Made by a program: the position numbers and the translations under genes. The notes beneath the pieces are model-generated. The model saw only the letters and a program-made list of their open reading frames with translations. It searched no databases and had not been told where the DNA came from. Of a stretch of 64,000 nucleotides of DNA, positions 9,838-17,442 are shown one piece after another (position 1 is the stretch's first letter; the number at the start of each line of letters is the position of its first letter). The DNA lies in assembly GCA_016839605.1 (NCBI GenBank), contig JAEOTX010000039.1, positions 32,001 to 96,000 on the forward strand. Direction: 5' to 3'. The DNA is from Candidatus Thorarchaeota archaeon. GTDB taxonomy: Archaea; Asgardarchaeota; Thorarchaeia; Thorarchaeales; Thorarchaeaceae.

Positions 9838-10559
9838 TTCTGCTCATCCGACTTACTCGTCTGACCATAACCCGTACGATCGCGAGCATGTCTTGATGAG
9901 TCAGCTCGAGTGACTGGATCATTGCCCATCTTGATATCACAGTCCTCACACATCAGCGCTCTGGTGCTCTTTGCATCTACAATTCTCCCGCAAGAGATGC
10001 ATGCCCATAGTCCTGACTGAAGCATCATCGTTTTGCGAAATACAAGCCGAGCTAGTTCCTTCAAATCTGGCGGACAGTCCTTTGCTACACCAATCACTCC
10101 CTCTTCAGACCATTCACAGATTACTGAAACTAGTGTAGTGGTTAGCTCGATTATTCTGGTTGTGAGGTCCTCAATCTCGGTGGAGGTCTCTGACTTAACA
10201 TCCTTTGGAGCTTGAGGAACAGAAGATAGAACCTCGAGGAATGCAAAAAAGGCAGGAGCTGGGAATCGATCCTTTCCCTTCGCTTCAACCATTTGACCCA
10301 GAACTGCGGAGATCATCAGTGTTTGCGTATAATCTTCCTTCAAGATTTTCTCAATCTCACTCATTGTCTTTCGCGCGTTGATTTGGTATTCCTTAGAATC
10401 AAGGCCATGTTTCTTTGCCAGCGCTTCCACAGCTTCAATAAGTCCCTCACCCTTCATCATAGCCTCATTCACCCTCTTGGCTATGGTCTTGTAAGGTAGC
10501 CCTGTATCATGGGCAATCTTCTGTAGGAGGTCTCTAGCTGTCAGACTCAACAGATACAC
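9834..10559 (-). CDS. hypothetical helical protein with C-terminal zinc ribbon
   Basis: CISC...CEDC near C-terminus; 241 aa ORF. Confidence 0.7.
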   Translation of the reverse strand: MYLLSLTARDLLQKIAHDTGLPYKTIAKRVNEAMMKGEGLIEAVEALAKKHGLDSKEYQINARKTMSEIEKILKEDYTQTLMISAVLGQMVEAKGKDRFPAPAFFAFLEVLSSVPQAPKDVKSETSTEIEDLTTRIIELTTTLVSVICEWSEEGVIGVAKDCPPDLKELARLVFRKTMMLQSGLWACISCGRIVDAKSTRALMCEDCDIKMGNDPVTRADSSRHARDRTGYGQTSKSDEQN

Positions 10560-10639
10560 ATACCTAATGATGACAGACTTAAGCGAGGGTACAATCTTTT
10601 AGTGAGTTTGTAAGACATTTGTGGGCGAGTGAACTATAG

Positions 10640-11185
10640 ATGATGTTATCGGATGTCGACATTGAGAAGGCGATGGAAAAGGGCTCAATAGTCATTGATC
10701 CCTTCACGCCCGATTCGCTGGGTCCTTGTAGTATAGATCTCAAGCTAGACAGCATTTTTCGAATTTATAATCCAGGCGCACCAATTGATGTGGAGAATAG
10801 GGACGCGTTGGATAGAGACACGAAGCTTGTGGACACAGAAGGCGAGCCGTTTATGATCCTCCCAGGACAATTCATTCTTGGGCAGACGGTTGAACGAATC
10901 AGAATAGGCTCCAATTATGCAGCACTCCTTGAAGGGAGGTCCAGCGTTGCAAGGCTAGGAATCATTGTCCACGCAGCAGGATTAGTGAACCCAGGAACAG
11001 GACTGAAGAAACCAGGTAGGCTTACCCTGGAGATCTATTGTGAAAACCTCAGTCCTGTTCTCCTTCGACCCGGAATGCTAATTGTACAGATTATGTTCGT
11101 CCCTCTAAGTAGTCCCGCAAGACGTGGATACGATGAACGATCTGAGAGTCGGTACATAGGACAGGACCGTCCTGATGTTGCGTAG
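10640..11185 (+). CDS. dcd: dCTP deaminase
   Basis: LSDVDI, SIDLKL, EGRSSVARLG, AGLVNPG, LTLE, PGMLIVQ. Confidence 0.92.
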   Translation: MMLSDVDIEKAMEKGSIVIDPFTPDSLGPCSIDLKLDSIFRIYNPGAPIDVENRDALDRDTKLVDTEGEPFMILPGQFILGQTVERIRIGSNYAALLEGRSSVARLGIIVHAAGLVNPGTGLKKPGRLTLEIYCENLSPVLLRPGMLIVQIMFVPLSSPARRGYDERSESRYIGQDRPDVA

Positions 11186-11238
11186 AAAGGCAAAGTATCT
11201 TAAAGGGACGAAGTCCGCCACAAGGTCGGCGGTCGAAC

Positions 11239-12249
11239 ATGAAGGATTACGACGTGGTCCTTGCAAGTGGAGCTGAACATCTTAGAGAGCGCTTCGAAGA
11301 ACATGGTTTCCGCGTGTTTACTTCGAATCTCAACTATGACAGCAGGCGCCTTTTCCCCAATACTGATATCTATGCGAGAATTAGCAGAGTTTCTGAGCTG
11401 TCTAATCGCAAAGTAGTTGTCGTCCAAAGCTGTACTGGTGCGGGGCCTGCTGAATTTGAACGCTACACTACATCAGACCGAGTTCTTGAATTGCTGCTGC
11501 TTCTTGACATCCTAGCACAGCCTGTAGAGGTTGAGAAGATAGGACACAAGAAGTTCAAGGAAACTCCAATTGATCCTCCTTCTAGGATAGAAGTAGTCCT
11601 AACGTTTCAACCATTTGCACTTCAGGACAAGTCGTTCTTGACTGGCGAAGCTTCTGCTGGAAGATGGGCCACTCGACAAATAGCAAATGCCTGCGATAAG
11701 ATATGGGTTGTAAATCCACATGCACCTGATAATCTACCATGGGTGAAAGACCTTACTGACAAGGGAATATACCAAGAAATTGACATTATTCCGGATCTCA
11801 TAGATTTCGGTCGTGAGAAATTTGGTTTTACAGATTGCCTCGTGGTCACCCCCGACGAAGGTGCCAAGCAGCGCTATGACATTGAGGGATTTGGCAAGAA
11901 ACGAACCAATTCGTACTGTGTAGAGCTCCATGGAGATCTTGATGTGAAAGGAAAGCAAGTCATTGTTATTGACGACCTCACCAAGAGTGGTAGCACCTTG
12001 TTGAAAGCTGCAGAACGACTCTATTCCCTTGGTGCATCTGATGTAGGAATGGTTGTGGCACACGTTGTTCCACTTAGAGATAGAGGAGAGAAACTCCTAA
12101 GCGCCTTGATAGACAAGAGCAAGGAGAGAATCGTGACAACCAACACAGTTAGAACTCATGCATTTTGTGAGGATGAACCTAGTTTCACTTACAATATAGT
12201 AGACACACTTGTCAAAGAACTACAAACTCACGGGCTAAAACCTACTTAA
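11239..12249 (+). CDS. divergent ribose-phosphate pyrophosphokinase-like phosphoribosyltransferase
   Basis: VVQS, VNPH, VTPDEGA and PRPP loop VIVIDDLTKSGSTL; several PRS catalytic motifs altered. Confidence 0.75.
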   Translation: MKDYDVVLASGAEHLRERFEEHGFRVFTSNLNYDSRRLFPNTDIYARISRVSELSNRKVVVVQSCTGAGPAEFERYTTSDRVLELLLLLDILAQPVEVEKIGHKKFKETPIDPPSRIEVVLTFQPFALQDKSFLTGEASAGRWATRQIANACDKIWVVNPHAPDNLPWVKDLTDKGIYQEIDIIPDLIDFGREKFGFTDCLVVTPDEGAKQRYDIEGFGKKRTNSYCVELHGDLDVKGKQVIVIDDLTKSGSTLLKAAERLYSLGASDVGMVVAHVVPLRDRGEKLLSALIDKSKERIVTTNTVRTHAFCEDEPSFTYNIVDTLVKELQTHGLKPT

Positions 12250-12470
12250 TCGACATAGTCTTCAGCGTTGGATTTTGCGGCCCAGGCTTTTTCTGTGGCT
12301 CGTTCAACTAAGTCGCGCGTTTCCAGGTCATTGAGGGCCATGATGACCTCGTTTTGATTGCATTCTATGTGTCGTCTTTGAAGAGTCCTTGTTATTGCGG
12401 CCGCTCTATGATTGTCTTCTAGAATGAGTGCAAGTATTTCACGCTGCAGTTCAGTAATCTCTTCACTCAT
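12246..12470 (-). CDS. small winged-helix protein
   Basis: ITELQREILALI...VIMALNDLETRDLVE...W wHTH pattern. Confidence 0.7.
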   Translation of the reverse strand: MSEEITELQREILALILEDNHRAAAITRTLQRRHIECNQNEVIMALNDLETRDLVERATEKAWAAKSNAEDYVD

Positions 12471-12593
12471 ATTCAACACTGAACCACGCCCTCCGCAGGG
12501 CTCTTTTAAGGCTATCTCTAGACAAAATCATTTCTCCTGCCATCGAAATGCTTTTCTTGTATACAGACAGGGCGCCTGTGGGTTGGTAGATGG

Positions 12594-13337
12594 ATGGAAA
12601 ATGACAAGGAATACCACATTGATATCGCACCTGGAGAAATACCTGAACTCGTACTACTACCTGGAGACCCAGACAGATCACGTCTAATCGCTGAGCAGTT
12701 CTTCGACAAGCCAGTTGAGGTTGCAAAGAAACGTGAATACTGGAGCTTCAAAGGCACTTACAAGGGAGTGCCTGTCGGAGTCTGCTCGACGGGAATAGGT
12801 TGTCCTTCTGCTGCTATTGCTATTGAAGAGCTAGTGAAAGTTGGATGCAAGGTTTTCGTTCGAGTAGGAACAGCTGGTGCGATAAACCCGAACCTAAAAG
12901 CAGGAGATGTAATCATTTTCACAGGGGCCGTCAGAGATGATGGAACATCAAGACAGTACGTTCCCCTTGAGTTTCCAGCGATCGCAGACCCGGAGGTTGT
13001 AATAGCACTCACGCGGGCTGCGGATAAGCGGGGTACGAAATACTATGCAGGGATTGGGCATAGTAAGGACTCATTCTATAGTGAGTACCCAGACCTAGTT
13101 GCTAATCCTGAAGCAATGAGAGAGCATTGGGAGTCAATGAAGAGAGCAAATGTCCTAGCCACTGAGATGGAGTCGGCGGCACTCTTTGTTATCGGTCACC
13201 TTCGTGGAGTAAAGGTGGGAACAATCTGTGTTATTGTAGGTGAGAATATCGAGAAGGAAGCCAAGATTGTTGGAAAGCCACCCCTTGACGACCTTGTAAC
13301 AATTGCACTTGATGCAATGATAGGACTGAAGCAATAG
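12594..13337 (+). CDS. udp: uridine/nucleoside phosphorylase
   Basis: LLPGDPDR, KRE, STGIGCPSAAIAIEEL, RVGTAG, D.FY, EMESA. Confidence 0.93.
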   Translation: MENDKEYHIDIAPGEIPELVLLPGDPDRSRLIAEQFFDKPVEVAKKREYWSFKGTYKGVPVGVCSTGIGCPSAAIAIEELVKVGCKVFVRVGTAGAINPNLKAGDVIIFTGAVRDDGTSRQYVPLEFPAIADPEVVIALTRAADKRGTKYYAGIGHSKDSFYSEYPDLVANPEAMREHWESMKRANVLATEMESAALFVIGHLRGVKVGTICVIVGENIEKEAKIVGKPPLDDLVTIALDAMIGLKQ

Positions 13338-13363
13338 AAGAGCCCAGATGAGGCGCTTCTGCT

Positions 13364-14152
13364 TTAGATTCCGCCGAACCACACTTTCTTCTGCACAGCC
13401 ATATGGAGATTCTCAGCTGTAGCCTTGTCAAGCCCAGTCGTAAGCGCGAGCTGTTCCGCGCTTGTAGCTACGATGTCAGTCACATTTGCATAGCCAGCAT
13501 TGAATATTGCAGTTATAGTGGGATCGGGGATTCCTAGCTCCATGAGTAGGCTGCGAAGTTCCACTTTGCTGGTTTCGTCTGAGGCAGGCGGCTTTACTCC
13601 AGGCAGTTCTTGTTCGAGTGGATCCTCAGTCATAGGTGGGATTTCAGCTCCAGGGGGACCTTCGGATGGTGCAGGTGCATCCGGTGTAGTCGGAGCAGTT
13701 GGCTTTCGTACTGCGACTCCGCTATGATCTGCAATAAATGATGGTCGCAGCAGTACGAGGCCAGTTATGACCATTACAATGAGTAAGGGAACAAACAAAA
13801 TGCTGTCTATGTCTAAACCAATCAATGTGCCACCAGGACCAGGTGCCAGCAATCCATTCACTATCCCTTCGAAAATGAGATCTGTCCAAGAGTCACCGGA
13901 TAGATCTGTGGCTAAGAAGAGCCAGAGTGGAGAGAAGAGAGCGAACCCTCCTGTTTCGAATATGATGAACTCTCGAAATTGGTCCCTTCGTCTAGCGTAG
14001 ACAATCAAGGGAGGAATAAGTGCAATGCCCAAGGAAATGAAAAACCAAGTAACATACAATGACCAATCTCCTGTTACTTTGGGGATTATACTACCAATGA
14101 AGATGATGCCGGGGAGAAGCGCACCTATGAAGACACCGAAGCCATATCGCAT
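13364..14152 (-). CDS. membrane protein with Pro-rich linker and C-terminal helix-hairpin-helix-like domain
   Basis: About 4 hydrophobic segments; P/A/T linker; AGYANVTDIVATSAEQLALTTGLDKATAENL resembles HhH (RadA-N/NusA-AR type). Confidence 0.75.
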   Translation of the reverse strand: MRYGFGVFIGALLPGIIFIGSIIPKVTGDWSLYVTWFFISLGIALIPPLIVYARRRDQFREFIIFETGGFALFSPLWLFLATDLSGDSWTDLIFEGIVNGLLAPGPGGTLIGLDIDSILFVPLLIVMVITGLVLLRPSFIADHSGVAVRKPTAPTTPDAPAPSEGPPGAEIPPMTEDPLEQELPGVKPPASDETSKVELRSLLMELGIPDPTITAIFNAGYANVTDIVATSAEQLALTTGLDKATAENLHMAVQKKVWFGGI

Positions 14153-14314
14153 GGTCCTAACTCACCTCTGTCACGCTGGAACGAATCAGAATACTGTCCT
14201 CGTTCTTTTAGGTGTTTTGAGAATGTATGTCCCAATGTAAATTGCATACATAAGAGGGCCAAGGAGCATCATCCTTATGAGCTATTAGCAGCCATTTTTG
14301 GCTGGATGATCTGA

Positions 14315-15400
14315 TTGAGACCTTTCATCATTGTGGGTACACGGCCAGAGATTGTCAAGATGGCACCCATTATTTATGAGTGTGAGTCTCGAGGAATCGA
14401 CTATTATTTCCTTCATACCGGACAGCACTATTCAGAGTCAATGAGCGGCTTGTTTCTTGATGAGATGGACCTGCGTACACCGGACAGGAATCTAGACGTT
14501 GGTTCTGGGTCTCAGTCGGAGCAAACTGCTCAAGCGCTTGTAGGCATTGAGAAAGAACTTCTCAGAGAAAAGCCGGATGTAGTTCTGGTTCAAGGTGACA
14601 CAAACACAGTTCTTTCAGCTACTCTCGCTGCTGCGAAACTGAGGATACCAGTAGCCCATATTGAGGCAGGTCTCAGAAGCTACGATACACGAATGCCAGA
14701 GGAACATAACAGGCGCCTGACTGACCATGCGTCTGATTATCTCTTTGCTCCAACAGAGAACTCGGCAGAAATACTCAGGAAGGAGAATGTGTGGGGTAGA
14801 ATCTTTGTCACGGGTAATACTGTGATTGACGCCCTTGAAAACCGACTCCCTGTAGCTTTGAAGCGAATGAACCGAGCTCTCACCAAGGGACTTGATTCTT
14901 TTGCATTACTAACTCTGCATAGAGCAGAGAACGTGGATGATAAGAATGTACTAGAGGGTTTGATAGAGGGTCTAATCTCCCTTGAAATGTCCATTCTGTT
15001 CCCTGCGCATCCGAGGAGTATAAAACAGCTGACTAAGTTTGGACTCATGTCCAGAATCAAGAGTGGCGGATTGATACGAATAATTGAGCCTGTTGGCTAT
15101 CTGGACTTCCTCTCATTGCAGAAAAGATGCTCCTTCATATTGACCGATTCTGGTGGAATTCAAGAAGAAGCAACCGCTCCGTCAATTAACAAGAAAGTCT
15201 TCGTTCTAAGAACTTCCACAGAAAGACCTGAAGCGGTAGATTCGGGACATGCTGTTGTTGTTGGTGTGAATCCTGAGAAGTTTCCGAACATGATCAGAAA
15301 TGGCATTAAAGAGGGCTTGGATGAAGAGAGACGGTGTCCATATGGTGAAGGTGATGCCTCAAAGAAGATCATGAATATCCTCGGCAAAGACTTTGATTAA
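14315..15400 (+). CDS. wecB: UDP-N-acetylglucosamine 2-epimerase (non-hydrolysing)
   Basis: GTRPEIVKMAP, HTGQH, VQGDT, HIEAGLRS, PEEHNR, LHRAEN, TDSGGIQEEA, TERPE. Confidence 0.97.
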   Translation: MRPFIIVGTRPEIVKMAPIIYECESRGIDYYFLHTGQHYSESMSGLFLDEMDLRTPDRNLDVGSGSQSEQTAQALVGIEKELLREKPDVVLVQGDTNTVLSATLAAAKLRIPVAHIEAGLRSYDTRMPEEHNRRLTDHASDYLFAPTENSAEILRKENVWGRIFVTGNTVIDALENRLPVALKRMNRALTKGLDSFALLTLHRAENVDDKNVLEGLIEGLISLEMSILFPAHPRSIKQLTKFGLMSRIKSGGLIRIIEPVGYLDFLSLQKRCSFILTDSGGIQEEATAPSINKKVFVLRTSTERPEAVDSGHAVVVGVNPEKFPNMIRNGIKEGLDEERRCPYGEGDASKKIMNILGKDFD

Positions 15401-15475
15401 CAAAGACATGTTTGTTCCGTCAGTCTTATCTTCAAACAAAGTTACGCCAACAAGGCATCCATGGAGAGATAGATC

Positions 15476-16255
15476 TTGCGAAAAGTCTGCCTTACAAACG
15501 ATGACGGTCCGTACAGTAGCGGTTTACTGATGCTTGCTGAAACGCTAGCGTCCCATGTAGATGTGGTGATAGTAGTGCCAGACGGCGAACGCAGCGCGTC
15601 AGGTAAGGCACTGACTCTGAATAGGCCCTTGCGTGTAAAGAAGGTGAAGAGTGCAAATGGTTTTGAGATGATCACTCACGACGGATCACCAGCGGATTCA
15701 GTTGTACTTGCAAGATGCCTTATTGACGAGATAGACCTCTTTGTTTCTGGAATCAATGCGGGAGCCAATCTAGGATACCAGAGCATGTTCACTAGTGGAA
15801 CAGTGGGCGCTGCGATGGAAGCAGCCTTAATGGGATTCCCGGCAATTGCAGCATCTCTTGTTGTTGAGCCCAATGAATGGTTCAACAGTGCAGACAAAGA
15901 GCGAGACTACTCTAGGATTTGCGAAGTGATTCGGGATATAGTCCTTAGAGTGCTGAACAAGGGGCTTCCGAAAGGGATTGATGCACTCAATCTGAACTTT
16001 CCATTATCCATATCTGAAACGAGCAAAGTAGTCGTGGCAAAGCCAGCAAGAGTTAGGATAAGTAACGAGCTGGATAAGAGAGTAGATCCTAACCAGAGCC
16101 CGTACTATTGGCTTAAGGGAATTCACAATGACCCATCAGATGGTTCGGATGCAGATGTTGTTTTGAATAATGGGAACATCTCTTTATCACCTATCATCAT
16201 CGAAGCTGTCGCAGAAAATGACATTGAGAGGCTCAGTGACTTTATGTCCGATTGA
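15476..16255 (+). CDS. surE: 5'/3'-nucleotidase SurE
   Basis: LTNDDG, GSPADSV, SGINAGANLG, SGTVGAAMEA. Confidence 0.96.
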   Translation: MRKVCLTNDDGPYSSGLLMLAETLASHVDVVIVVPDGERSASGKALTLNRPLRVKKVKSANGFEMITHDGSPADSVVLARCLIDEIDLFVSGINAGANLGYQSMFTSGTVGAAMEAALMGFPAIAASLVVEPNEWFNSADKERDYSRICEVIRDIVLRVLNKGLPKGIDALNLNFPLSISETSKVVVAKPARVRISNELDKRVDPNQSPYYWLKGIHNDPSDGSDADVVLNNGNISLSPIIIEAVAENDIERLSDFMSD

Positions 16256-17270
16256 TTTGTTTCAGAGCACTCCATATCGCGTCACTCTTGGGTCTAGGCA
16301 TCTCTTTTGAAACGGTTCCAGCAATACCTCTTCTTTCTGAGATTTTGGGAACGATTTTTCCAATGATTGTTGCCATTATCCCTCTGTCGCGCAGCGCTGA
16401 AATAACATCGTCAGAACCTTCAGGGGTACTGGTCATCACCATACATCCACTGCTAATCAACTCCAGAGCATTCACAGAGAGTGTATCACAGATAGCTAAT
16501 GTTGAATCATGGAACGGAATCGAGTTCAGGTCGATTTCAAATCCTACCTGACTTGCATCGCATATCTCATGAATACCTCCCAGGAGGCCACCCTCAGTTG
16601 GATCATGCATCGCTGTGATATGTCCTGTTCCAAATGCCACAACTCCATCCTCGACTACACTGATCTTACTCCGTAGATTGAGTGCCTTTTCGATTACATC
16701 TACTCCTACCCTCTTAGAAAGAAAAGATGCTCCTTCAGCTGCAAGAATTGCAGTGCCTTCTATTGCCGCTGTCTTTGACATTATTAGATAGTCACCTGGT
16801 CTTGCTCCAGCTGAAGTCACATAGTGGCCTTCTGGTGCTATGCCCATCATGAATCCAGCAATGATTGGCCTGTCGATGCCCTCAGTAATCTCAGTGTGCC
16901 CACCAGCCACGGTGATATCAAGTGATAAAGCGGCTTTATGAATCTGTTCCATTATTCGCTCCAAATCGGACTCTTCACAGCCTGATGGAAGCATGATAGA
17001 TGCGAGGAACCAACGGGGTTTGACTCCGAAAGTTGCTACATCGTTTGCATTGATGTGAACAGCAAGCCATCCAATATCTTCAACAGATCCAGTGATAGGG
17101 TCGGTTGCTGCGACGATGACCGATTCACCCACACGAATCAATGAGGCATCCTCACCGATACCGGGGCCTAGAATGAGATCCTTGTCCTTCTTGCCCAGAT
17201 GAGCAAATACAATCCGACTCAATACATCTGGAGGGACTTTCCCTGGTAGCAATATCAAGTACTCCTGCAT
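16242..17270 (-). CDS. AIR synthase/HypE-like family protein
   Basis: GPGIGEDA, TDPIT, NANDV, GGHTE, MHDPTEGGL motifs. Confidence 0.9.
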   Translation of the reverse strand: MQEYLILLPGKVPPDVLSRIVFAHLGKKDKDLILGPGIGEDASLIRVGESVIVAATDPITGSVEDIGWLAVHINANDVATFGVKPRWFLASIMLPSGCEESDLERIMEQIHKAALSLDITVAGGHTEITEGIDRPIIAGFMMGIAPEGHYVTSAGARPGDYLIMSKTAAIEGTAILAAEGASFLSKRVGVDVIEKALNLRSKISVVEDGVVAFGTGHITAMHDPTEGGLLGGIHEICDASQVGFEIDLNSIPFHDSTLAICDTLSVNALELISSGCMVMTSTPEGSDDVISALRDRGIMATIIGKIVPKISERRGIAGTVSKEMPRPKSDAIWSALKQINRT

Positions 17271-17442
17271 ATTCTAGGTGCGCATCAGTCCTGTGCCTAT
17301 TGCATGAAAAGGAAATTCATCGAAACCCCATTCGGGGCTCTCCTAACTCACTATGACAACAGACGTTTCTCAGACATGATGCGCAACTTAGGAAGAGAGA
17401 GGATACGGTATAAACTAATCGAGATGGCCTAAGTATGATGAA

